NCBI RefSeq assembly: GCF_963921235.1
Contig: NC_086097.1
Coordinates: forward strand, 16,988,001-17,052,000
DNA: 64,000 nucleotides
Source of the DNA: Mobula hypostoma
Taxonomy: Eukaryota
Reading direction: 5' to 3'
Shown here: one piece after another, positions 13,270-24,545 of the stretch
Numbering within the stretch: position 1 is the stretch's first letter
How the letters are laid out: every line of letters begins with the position of its first letter
The notes under the pieces: generated by a model
Database searches by the model: none
Told to the model about the DNA's origin: nothing
Seen by the model: the letters and a program-made list of their open reading frames with translations, nothing else
Position numbers and translations under genes: made by a program

Positions 13270-13650
13270 CAGCACAACCAAAGTGCTGGAGGAACTCAGC
13301 AGGTCAGGCATTATCTATGAAGGGGAATAAACAGACAAAAACTCTTCATCAGGACTTACAGGACTTGATAAGTTGGATGGAAAGGGAGACCCTTCCTTTT
13401 CTTTCATGGTCCGCTGTCCTTTCCAATTAGATTCCTTCTCCTTCAACTATCACCTCTCAACTTCTTACTTCATCTCCCCTCCCACAAACCCTCCTGGGTC
13501 TCTCCTATCTTAGACTGCCAGCTTAGACTCCTTCCTCACCTTCTTATTCTGGCTTCTGCCCCCTTCCTTTTAAGTCCTGATGAAGAGACCAGGCTCAAAA
13601 CATTGACTGTTTATTCCCCCTCCATAGATGCTGCCTGACTTGCTGAGCTT
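13270..13650. repeat. Penelope-tail-derived element with inverted ends
   Basis: Left arm 'gtgctggaggaactcagcaggtcaggca..cttcatcaggact' is the reverse complement of the right arm 'agtcctgatgaagag..gatgctgcctgacttgctgag'. Confidence 0.75.
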
Positions 13651-13844
13651 TTCCTCATTCTCAGGCAATCGTGCACCCCTCACTTCAGTGAAACTGTTAG
13701 CATTATGCCTCCTGCTTTAAAGCCAATGTCACCTGTAAATTGCACAGAACAGGGTTCCACAAAGAACACTGAGATAATGAACAAATTACTAGCTTGTGAT
13801 TATCAAACCAATTTGGATTCTTGATATAAATAACTAAACTAGGA

Positions 13845-14175
13845 TAAGATAAAGTAAGATAGTACTAGCTTTATTTGTCCCATATACATTGGAGCATAAG
13901 GTGAGATGCGTCATTTTGCGTCAGTAGCTAACACAGTCCAAGGACCGCGTTGGGGCAGCCCGCAAGTGTTACCAACATAGCATGCCCAAAGCTCACTAAC
14001 TGTAACCGTACATCTTCTGGAATGTGCGAGGGAACCAGAGTACCTGGAGATTATCCGCACAGGTTACAGGGAGGACGTACAGACTCCTGACACACTGTGG
14101 CAGGACTCTAACCCTGATCAGTGATCAATGGCACTGTAAAGTGATTGCATTAACCACTACTCTGCTGTGCCAACT
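13845..14175 (-). mobile_element. V-SINE-like element
   Basis: Reverse complement of the V-domain-like core ('ggaaccagagtacctggag..gtacagactcctgacac'). Confidence 0.6.
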
Positions 14176-14234
14176 AAAAGGCTGGATCTTTTCCTGAAAT
14201 CTCAGTGTTGAATACGGTTTACATATGGTTGTTA

Positions 14235-14790
14235 TAGCTGGGGGTGATAGTGGGGATAAGCTCCCACTACCTATTAAACACTCCCAATGATGTGCACCTC
14301 AAATAGCCTCTGACAACTCCTGGCCTTCATTTGTGGCTTAGCTATTATGCTTGGCAGGACCCAGTGGAGCCATTTCTACTGACCAAAAGAAAAGGCAAAG
14401 GCAGTTACTGGCGCCTTAAAACTCGTCACTTTTGGCAGATAAGGCTCATCGGCCGTAGTTGGCAGCTCTGATCTCAAAATTCCGCTGCCTTGCAGCTGTA
14501 CCCACTCATGGGGAAGGCTTCAGGAGTAAATCTTGAGGCCCTAAGGCCATCCTTCGCTGAGTTCTAACACACAACAACGCTAACAGGCAACTCCTGCGAC
14601 GCTGCTTGTGCCAAACTGTATTGGTCTCTTCCGTTCATTTGGGTTCATCAGCTGCATGGAGAGGGGGAGCTTACTGGGGAAAGAGCTTGCTCTCCATATC
14701 GTACTATCCATGCTTGCATATCAAGACAGCTGGGATCCAAGTTCCGCAGTAAACCCTGACTAACAGACGCCTCTGATGTGGTACACATGT
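14235..14790 (+). repeat. Interspersed repeat, possibly RTE 5'-UTR-derived
   Basis: GC-richer block starting with hairpin tagtggg..cccacta; family assignment is inference only. Confidence 0.35.
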
Positions 14791-15329
14791 TTTGATAATA
14801 AATTTACTTTGAACTTTGGAATAAATAAATCCCATTATACAACCCCAAAAGTGAAAAACAACTGAAGAAAAGTTGGCAGACGCCGCCTTTGTTTTGTACT
14901 GCACAGCATGAACATCAAGTTGATACCATTAATGAGGTGACCTGCTGTCTTCAGGGCAGGTCGTAGGTCAAGACTTGGAGGTTAATAAGGAGGAAGGAAG
15001 AGTTAATAGTGTGGTTAAATAAACTAATAATTTATGTGCCTGAAGTAATAAAGAGGAAATATTCCTGACTGAACTCGTTGATTGATGTTGTAAATCTTAG
15101 TGAAGTAGTAGCAAGCACCAGCAACTTGTTTTTAGTAGGATGATAGACAACACAGTGCAGATGGAAACAGAAAGTACATTTGGGATTCTGCTTTATTTGA
15201 AAGATTTTAACACTTGACCCTACTGCTTGGATGCCATTGAGACTTTTATGCACTAAAACAGGGTTCTATTTAAATTAAATCCTCCACAATAATTGCAAAA
15301 TGAGCTTGAATCATGAAATAAGACCTCAA

Positions 15330-15832
15330 GGTACAGGAGCAGAATTTGGTTCTTTGTCCCATTGAATCTGATCTGCATTCAATCATGGCTAATTATTTTT
15401 TCAGGCTCATTTTCCTACCTTCTTTCTGTTACCCTTAACCCCCTTTACCAGTCAAGAACCAATCAATCACTGCCTTAAATACAATGGCCTGGCCTCCACA
15501 GTTGTCTGTGGTAATGAATTCCACAGATTCACTGCCCTCTGGCTAAAGAAATTACTCTTCACCTCTGTTCTAAAGGGATGGCCTTCTATTCTGAGGCTGT
15601 GCCCTCTGGTCCTAGACTCCCCAACTATAGGAAACATCCTCTCCATGTCCACATTATCTATAGGCCTTTCAGTTTTTGATAGCTTTAAATGAGGTCCCCC
15701 TTTATTCTTCTAAATTCCAGCAAGTACAGGCCCAGAAGAAATTCTTCCTCCACTCAGTTTTAAAAGGGTATCCTTTTATTCTGGGCTGTGCCCTCTGATC
15801 CTAGTCTCTCTTACCAATGGAAACATCCTCAG
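15330..15832 (-). mobile_element. CR1 3' fragments
   Basis: 'GESRTRGHSLRIEGHPFRTEVKSNFFSQRAVNLWNSLP'. Confidence 0.8.
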
Positions 15833-16021
15833 CACATTAGGGTGGCTCACACTCAAGAATGAGATACTGTGATGCTGGACAGGGCCACATCGAACTTAAC
15901 ATAGCTTCTCTCACTTTGCCACCCAGCAACTAGAGGACGCGAGCCCTCAAAGGCAGTCAGGCATTAGCAACACACGCTTCTATATCACCTTACAACTACC
16001 ACGCTCCTGAATATGCATTGG

Positions 16022-16039
16022 CTGAGAGAGAATTCATTT

Positions 16040-16097
<58 letters not shown>

Positions 16098-16117
16098 ATG
16101 TGTTGTTTGAGAGAGAA

Positions 16118-16176
<59 letters not shown>

Positions 16177-16289
16177 ATGTGTTGTTTGAGAGAGAATCTG
16201 TGTGTGTGTGTGTGTGTGTGTGAATATGTGTTGTTTGAGAGAGAATCTGTGTGTGTGTGTGTGTGAATATGTGTTGTTTGAGAGAGAAT

Positions 16290-16320
<31 letters not shown>

Positions 16321-16322
16321 CA
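16022..16322. repeat. Compound (TG)n microsatellite with a repeated 'gaatatgtgttgtttgagagagaatc' spacer
   Basis: Directly visible; four spacer copies between TG runs. Confidence 0.97.
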
Positions 16323-17029
16323 TGCTCGCACATGCATGGTACTTGTGCTACGAAAGTTTGTGAGAGTGTCCTTGCTCCATGAGTACAGCCTGACCTGCTG
16401 GCCAATGTGGATAACTTCAATCACACTGCGCCGAACTGCTTTAACAACCTACAGACTCAATTTCAAGGATTCTTCGCAATACATGTTTTCAGTATTATTT
16501 TCTATTTGCAGCATTTGTTAGAGATTTTCGTAAAATTCTATTGTATTTCTTTTTCCTGAAAATGCCTGCAAGAAATTGAATCTCAAGGTGATGTCTGTGC
16601 ACTTCGATAATCAATTCAATTTGGAGTTTGCGGAGAGGGGAAGAAGTCCCAGACTCACTCAAAGCCACATTCAATTCTTTGTCAGTCAGATGCACGTCAG
16701 GGTGGGCATGGATGGGCTCCTAGACCATAGCAAAGTAACATGTGGAGCATGCAGGTGATGCGTGGGAAAGACAGAGCTCTGGAATGTCCTCCTCAGAAAG
16801 CACACATGCTTAAAAATACACAAGTAATCAGATAAGTCTTGCACTGTTGTCACACTTATGTTCATACAATGCACTGCTTTTACTCTTCGAAAGAAAAGAA
16901 TGAAAGGGTAGATAAACAACATTCCCGTATCTACAAAATTTAACCGAATAATTGAGTTTTGACTTCTCTTTGGTCCTTATAATTGTACTAGTGTGCTTGT
17001 ATTGGAACAAATATACATGCGGACATAAC

Positions 17030-17340
17030 CTCAGCTGCCACAGTAGCGTAGCGGTTAGTGCGAAAGCATTACAGCTTGGGGCATTCCGGAGTTTGGAACT
17101 CAATTCCGGCACCATTCTGTAAGGAGTCTCGGTACGTCCTCCCCAAGGAATGCGAGCGACTTCCCCAGTGCTCTGGTTTCCTCCCACAGTCCAAAGGCAC
17201 ACCAGTTAGGTTAATTGGTCTTTGTAAGCTGACCTGTGATTATTCAGTGTTAATCGGGATTGCTGGGTTGGCGTGGTTTGAAGGGCCAGAGGGGCCAGAA
17301 GGGCCTACTCCGCACTATATTGCTAAGTAATAAATATGAA
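17030..17340 (+). mobile_element. tRNA-derived V-SINE
   Basis: A-box-like 'tagcgtagcgg', B-box-like 'gaactcaattcc', V-domain-like 'cagtgctctggtttcctcccacagtccaaag'. Confidence 0.7.
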
Positions 17341-18858
17341 TTAGGGGTAGGAGGAGGCTACTTGGCTCCTCAGGTTTGCTCTGCCATTTACTAAGATAAT
17401 ACTGATCTGATAGTCATCTTCCACCTACCTCTGGTAACCTTTCACATCTTTGCTTATCAAGAATATATCTACCACTTAACATCAAGGACTTTGCTTCGAC
17501 CACCCTTTGAACTCTAAGGATTCATGACCTTATGAGTGAAAAATTTCAACCCAAAAATAAGACATGTCCATTTTGTCTGAAAGAGGTGACTGCTTATTTC
17601 TGATGAGTGATCCACATTTCACATTCTCCCATGACATGAAACCTCCTCACCACATTCAGCCTGTAAAGACCCCTTGGGGTCTAATATGCTTCAATTATTC
17701 CCTTGCGCTCTTTTAACTTCAAGCCTTTTCTGTTCAGCCCTTCCTCATAAGATAGCCCGATTATTCCAGGACTCAGTCCAGTCAACCTTCTCTAAACTAC
17801 TCCTAACACATCTATATCCTCTCTTAAATAAGGAAACCAGTACTTCAGCTGCGGAGCAACACACACAAAATACTGGAGGAACTCAGCAGGCCAGGCAGTA
17901 TCTAGACTTCTGATGTGGTCTCGTTAATGCTCTATATAATGGAACCATAACCCTCCTCCTTCTGCATTCAGTTTCTCTGGCAATAAGTAGCAATATTCTG
18001 TAGATCTCCTAATTACTTGCTCCACATGCATACTAGCCCTTTATGTATCATGCACTGTCTCCCAGAGTTAGTATATTGGTGCCACAAGCATAACAATACC
18101 TGTGGGTTGCCCAGCACAATCCTCACTGCTTTAATTTGAAGCGAGCAATGCATCCCATAGTATGCTGTGATGTTTCAATATATATTTGACAAATAAAGCT
18201 AATCTTTAAGATCCCTTTGCATGCACAGAACTCTACAATCTCTCACCATTTAGGTTGTACACTTCTTGTCTTGCTTGATTTCACATTTATTTACATTATA
18301 TTACATTTCCCAGCTATTTTCTCATTCACTAAGCCTATCTATATCCCTTTGTATCCTCCTTAAGTCCTCTTCTCAGCTTACTTTCCAATCCATCAAGCAG
18401 ACCTTCGATTATTTTATCCAAGTCACTTGTATAAAATGTTCTGGACTGATCCCTATGGCATCACACTCTTTCTGCTTTACTACCACATTCATGCCAAGTT
18501 TCTGCTCTCGTTTAACCAGCCAATCTTCTTTCAGAGCTAAACTATAACCTTTCTACCAAGAGCTTTTATTTTTCACAATGACATTTAATGTAGTACCTTA
18601 TCAAATCTCTTCTCTAAATCTCAGTGCCAAAGTTTAAAGTAAATTTAGTATCAAACTACTTCCTTGGGATTAATTTTCTTGCAAGCATTCACAAGAAAAT
18701 AAAGAAATACAATAGAATTTATGAAAAACTGTGCATAAACAAAGACTGACAAACAACCAATGTGTAAAAGAAGACAAATCATGCAAATAATTAAAAAAAA
18801 ATAAAGAATACTAAGAATATGAGTTGTAAAGTCCCTTGAAAGTGAGTCTGTCATTTGT

Positions 18859-19008
18859 AGAGACTTCATGGAAGATTTAAACTTCTTCAGGGTAGTCATC
18901 CCTCAAAGAGACTTTGCTGAAGATTGCAACTTCTTCAGGGTAGGCATTCCTCGAAGAGACTTTTCTGAAGATTTAAACTTCTTCAGGGTAGGTGTTCCTT
19001 GAAAAGAT
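18859..19008. repeat. Three 48-bp tandem repeats with an internal palindrome
   Basis: 'agagac' at 18859, 18907 and 18955; units 2 and 3 contain CTGAAGA-N8-TCTTCAG (unit 1 variant). Confidence 0.9.
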
Positions 19009-20259
19009 TTTGAGGGTCATGACCTGAAACATTGACTTGTTTATTCTTTTCCATAGATACTACCTGGTCTGCTGAGTTCCTCCAGCATTTTGTGCGTGTT
19101 GCTACAGTTTGTGGAGTCAGTTCAGCGCTGGAGTGAGTGAAGTTATCCATGCTAGTTCAGGAGCCTGATGGCTGAGGGGTAATAACTGTTCCTAAACTTA
19201 GTGGTGTGGGACTCGTAGCTCCTTCCTGACGGCAGCATGGATGATGGGGTACTTGATGATGAATGCTGCTTTCTTCTGGCTGGGCTCCTTGTAAGTGTAC
19301 TCAATGATGGTGAGGGCATTCCCTGTGATGGACTTGAAGCAAGTGTAGTCCATCCATTAGCTTCCCTACATCCACAATGCATTACTTTAAAATAACTCCA
19401 ATAAGTTTGTTAAACATAACTGTATTGACCTTGCCAGTGGCTATAAATGTTTCTTAATATTCTGCTACAACAGGTCATCAACCAGAAATGTTAGCTTAGC
19501 TTTTCTCTCTCCACAGCTGCTGCAAGAACTGTTGAGAACTTCCAGCATTTTCTGAATTTGATTCCAGAGTTTGGCCAGAATATGCTTGCAGAGTCAATGG
19601 GCTTATTGTTAATAGTGTTCTGGTGAACTACTTTATGTGCATATGTTTATCCATTAGGGAGCAGTAAACACTGTATTAATTTTAAAGTGACTGTATTCTT
19701 GCAACTGGTGCCATTCTTGCTATTTAAGTCTGACTATTCAAGATGCTCACCAACATCAATGTTGTACAAACCTTTGCTTTGTGAGTCCGTCTTCTCCATA
19801 TAGTCATTTAAACTTGGTTATTGCCTTTTTATTAATAGTGCTGCGCTAATATTAAGAACCCCCATGGCATATACTGCTGGCCTCCAATCATCAATCCTAG
19901 CTTGCACTCCAAGGAAAATTGCCATTTTGCAGTTCAGCTGAGGCACCGCTTTATACTAGCACACTAGTGCTGGGTGATCTCTGTTAGCTTTGTGGCAAAA
20001 TTACCTGTCAGTGCTGAACTCCCGTAGACTTGATACTAGATAGGCATTGCGCCAGGAGACCTGGCGGAGCGGCAGACCATCAGAGCCTGTCTCTTTTGGT
20101 GAGATTGCTTCCTTAACTTTTCGCTCAGCTTCACTTTGAGCAGAGATACTTTTGTTGACTCCTTAGAGCATGGTACATTAGAAAACATGATTCTCATGCT
20201 TTATCATTAATGGCAAGGTTCCCACTATGGCTAGCTTGGTTCACCTTGATGCTGCCTGC

Positions 20260-21042
20260 ATACAATGCTCCTACGGTCAGTCTTCTGGATAGACCATGAC
20301 ACCATATATTTCACTTCCTTTAAGTCTTCCATGTTTGTTTTTCGTCTTGGATGTCATTCCGGAACTGTTGGAGCCTGTGATTTGCAGTTTGGAGATGGCT
20401 CGGGTGTTTCAGCCCTCTGCGGTCTCCAAGGGGATTCCGAGAGACAGAGACAGTGAGCCTGAACCTCATGGCGAGCAGGCTGCGGAAGAGGGTGCAAGCC
20501 AATTTTCAACTCCATTTTGCTGATTAAACCAATGAGGGAGATTGAAACATTGAGACGAATGTGGAAAGTGAGCGCTGGCTGCCTGCCTTTTGATCACTGG
20601 TGTGTTGTTCTGCTGCCAGAGAGGGGAGACTGCCTTTTGATTGCTGGTGGCGTCGCTCTGCTACCAGAGAGGGGAAACTGCCTTTTGATTGCTGGTGGCG
20701 TCGCTCTGCTGCTGGGGGGGAACACTACTGCTGTGCCCGGAGAATATTGCTGAGGTTTTCTGCATTTTGGATATGGACTTGGACTATAGACTTTTTTCAG
20801 TCTTATACTTTTTATATTTTGTGTTTTTCATCTGATCTTTCTCATTTTAATGTGTGTGTGCGAGGAGGTTTTGGGGGTCGATGTGCCTGTTTTGTTTTGT
20901 TTTTTGTCTGGGGAGGGAAGATTTGGGGGTTGATGATGGTGCTGCTGTTCTTTTCTTATCTGATTTTGTGGCTATCTGGAGAAGAAGAATTTCAGAGTTG
21001 TATACTTTGATAATAAACGAACCTTTGAACCATTGAACCTTG
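20260..21042 (+). repeat. Non-autonomous retroposon with LINE-type tail and internal 47-48 bp triplication
   Basis: 'ctgccttttgat' at 20583, 20630 and 20678; tail 'gaagaagaatttcagagttgtatactttgataataaacgaacctttgaacc'. Confidence 0.55.
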
Positions 21043-21566
21043 TACCATTCCTGCTTTAGCAGGACCCACACACAACGAATGACATATAGTAGTGCTTACT
21101 TTAAAGCAGAGCTGCATAGAATTTATTTATCTCTCTCTCTCTCTAACCATCTAGCTGACAATCTATCTATCCACATATTAATTTAGGTGCAGTTTGTTTT
21201 CTTTTGCTCATGGGTTGTTTGTCTGTCTTTGTGTATAGATTTTTCATTGATTCTATTGTATTTTTGTTTTCCTGTGAATGTTTGTAAGAAAATGAACATG
21301 AAGGTTGTATATGGTGATATACAAATCCTTTAATAATAAATTTACTTTGAACAAAGTTCTTGATCTTTGATCAAATCTGCACTTTGAAGTTACCTTGACC
21401 ATTTTGAGTTTTCAGACTTGTTTTGACATATCAAGTGTTTAATGAATTTATTACTTTGGACACTTTCAATTTTTCTATATCCTTCTCTCGCCACAAGTGC
21501 ATGTGTCCATGTGTCACTGTAGGTTCCAAGTGTCTAATGAAGTAACGTGGAATGTGCAGAACACTA

Positions 21567-22539
21567 GGCTACGTCCACACTACACCGGACAATTTTGAAA
21601 ATGCCGGTTTCAAGTAAAAACGACAGGCGTGCACACTAAGCGTTTTTCAAAATATCTCTGTCCACACTAACACGGATATTTGGGCGAATCTCCTCCTACT
21701 GGGCATGTGCTGGACACACAGGAAACAAGCGAAGAGGGAACGGTATACTTAGTGCACGTTTGTCCAGTTACAGAGTAGAAAAACTTAAAAGGAATTGCTC
21801 TTGGCTCTCGCGCAGGAGGACTTAAAACTAAAAAAAAATACTGGAGCACATGGAGGCAACCGACAGGGAGCTCACAGACAGTATGACTCGGCTGACGACC
21901 AACATTGAAAAACTGATTAACTCTGTTGCATTAATAAAGCACCTTGTTAAATGTATAAAACATGTCTGCATCAGTGTTATCTTGTATTTCCATACAATGT
22001 TACATTAGGCTGTTACACATCTATTGTCAGAGAAGTATTTGCATAAATAGGTAAACCACCTTCATACAAGCAAGGACAGAAAACAGGGCAAAGTGAGTAT
22101 ACTTATTTATTCAGTAAGTTATGGGTCAAAGTATTTGGTGAGTACATTTCTAACTCTTCTGGCTTCAGTCTCGTTGCCGTCTGTTCTGAAATTGTTAGGT
22201 TCTGCAAAGCGCAGAATCAAATATCGCTGTGATGATTGTACGCTCTAGTATCAATTGTTTGGTGACAATAAAGTAGTAATAATAATAAGAAGAAAACAAT
22301 GAAATGCCGTGCTGTCGCCATCTGTTCCGGCACGTCATGACAGCGGTTTTAAAAAGCTCCGGTTACCCCGTACACACTGCAACGGATATTAGGCGTTTTC
22401 AGATTTATTCACTCTGGAGACCGTTTCTGAAAATATCCATTTTCGGGGGATGAAAACGCCGTTTTAGTGTGGACAGAGAGTCAAAATGAAGAGAAAAAGT
22501 TTCATTTTCAAAATTATCCAGCGTAGTGAGGACATAGCC
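21567..22539. mobile_element. Non-autonomous PIF/Harbinger-like DNA transposon
   Basis: Long imperfect TIRs GGCTACGTCCACACTAC..TTTTGAAAA / TTTTCAAAA..GTAGTGAGGACATAGCC, flanked by cta/taa; internal coiled-coil-like remnant 'ILEHMEATDRELTDSMTRLTTNIEKL'. Confidence 0.75.
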
Positions 22540-23491
22540 TAAGTGGGAAATAGTCATATGTGAGAAATGTTTTGTTTGGTTTAGATAAGATTCTTCTCAA
22601 ACTGTTACATATGCATAAGGAAGGACTTATTTACATAATATATACCTCTGTCTCTTTAATGACAGGGACTGGTACAGTACTCTGCAAAAGTCTCAGACGT
22701 GCGCACACACACACAAACACAGGACTTTTGAACAGTACTGTAGTAATTTTATGTATTGCACTGAATAGTTGAAGAACAAATTTATGACATCCTGTATGTG
22801 GGTGATTAATAAACCTGATTCTGATATGAGTCTCTATTGTGGACTGATAGTGGGAAGGGGGCAGGGAGAGGGGATCATGGTTGGGAAAAGGGAAAAGGAG
22901 AGGGGATGGAGCAGGAAGCACTAGAGAGACATTCTGTAATGATCAATAAACCAATTGTTTAGAATCAAATGACCTTGCCTGGTGTCTCAGGGCTGGATGT
23001 GTCCACAGCCGTGCCTCTCCCCACCCCGGCACTCCTTCTCTGCCACTTGTCCCACAGTCCTCCCATGACTCTCCACCCTCGCCGTTCCCAACAACCTTTG
23101 CTCCCACCAGATTCACAAACTCGCTCTCCACTCCACGTTGATAAATTCAGTAGAGCGCAAAAATCCTAGGCACCCTAGCTATATATATGTACAGTACCTA
23201 AGACTTCTGCACCATACTGTAGGTGATGGCTATTGTAAATGGAAATCAGACTATCTGCAAATTACAAACAGAAAATGCTGGAAACACTAAGCAGGTCAGA
23301 CAGCATCTGTGGATACAGAAATAGATTTAATGTTTCAGTTCTGTGATACTTCGTCAGAATTGGGGAAGAGTGATTAATGATGGTTTTAATTTGAAGGGAA
23401 GCTGGTTGAAGGATAGATGGTACAAGTCAAATTGGTCCATGGGGGCTGGTTAGAGGTTGACGATGCCTCTTTGTCTGTGTGAGGAAGGACA

Positions 23492-24226
23492 TGACCAACA
23501 GGTCAGGCTGTACTAATGGAGCAAGGACACTCTCACAGAAACTGTCATAACACAAATACCATGCATGTGTGCGTGCATACACATAGGCACATGGATTCTC
23601 TCGCAAACACATATTCTAACACACACAGGCATACAGATTCTCTCTCAGACAACACATATTCTAACGCACACACAAACGGATTCTCTCGCTAACACATATT
23701 CTAACACACACAGGCACACAGATTCTCTCTCAGACAACACATATTCTAACACACACACTCAGATGGATACTTTATACTTCATTGTCGCCAAACAATTGAT
23801 ACTAGAGCATACAATCATCACAGCGATATTTGATTCTGCTCTTCGTACTCCCTGGAGTACAAATTGATAGTAAATATTAAAATTTAAATTATAAATCATA
23901 AATAGAAAATAGAAAAGGGAAAGTAAGGCAGTGCAAAAAAACCGAGAGGCAGGTCCGGATATTTGGAGGGTACGGCCCAGATCCGGGTCAGGATCCATTC
24001 AGCAATGTTATCACAGTTGGTAAGAAGCTGTTCCCAAATCTGGCTGTATGAGTCTTCAAGCTCCTGAGCCTTCTCCCGGAGGGAAGCGGGACGAGAAGTG
24101 TGTTGGAGAAGGGTCGACGAGAAGGGTTGTGTCCTTGATTATCCTGGCAGCACTGCTCCTTATTCTCTGTCAGACAATGCATATTCTCACATACACACAC
24201 AAACTAATTCTCTCTCAGACTACACA

Positions 24227-24315
<89 letters not shown>

Positions 24316-24545
24316 GACAAAAATGGGTTCTCTCTCAGACTACACATATTTTCTCACAGTCACATACACATGTAGTCACACATGCACACTATACTTACAG
24401 CATGGAACATACAAACCCTCTCATACACACGCATAATCACACACACTGTTCTCACAGCAGATGACATTTTCTCTTTCCCTCACACACCCACACACAAACA
24501 TACACACATCATGCTCTCAGACACAACATATACTGTATACACACC
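23492..24545 (+). repeat. CA/CT-rich compound satellite with a unique head, related in inverted orientation to 16022-16405
   Basis: Shared 'caggtcaggctgtact.atggagcaaggacactctcac' head and 'gattctctctca.acaacacatattc' units. Confidence 0.85.
23767..24165 (-). mobile_element. Rex1-like LINE 3' end inserted in the satellite
   Basis: 'VPLPSGRRLRSLKTHTARFGNSF..LLNGS'; same 3' UTR as the 33997, 36671 and 51043 copies. Confidence 0.85.

Noticed and set aside
15985..16424. His/Thr-rich ORFs (HTHTHT..)
   Set aside because: Translation artefacts of the (TG)n microsatellite
18859..19008. Regularly spaced palindromic repeats resembling a CRISPR array
   Set aside because: Units are contiguous tandem copies with no unique spacers; vertebrate context; no cas genes
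20050..20066. GC hairpin CGCCAGG-aga-CCTGGCG
   Set aside because: A 7-bp stem is plausible by chance in 64 kb; no supporting context
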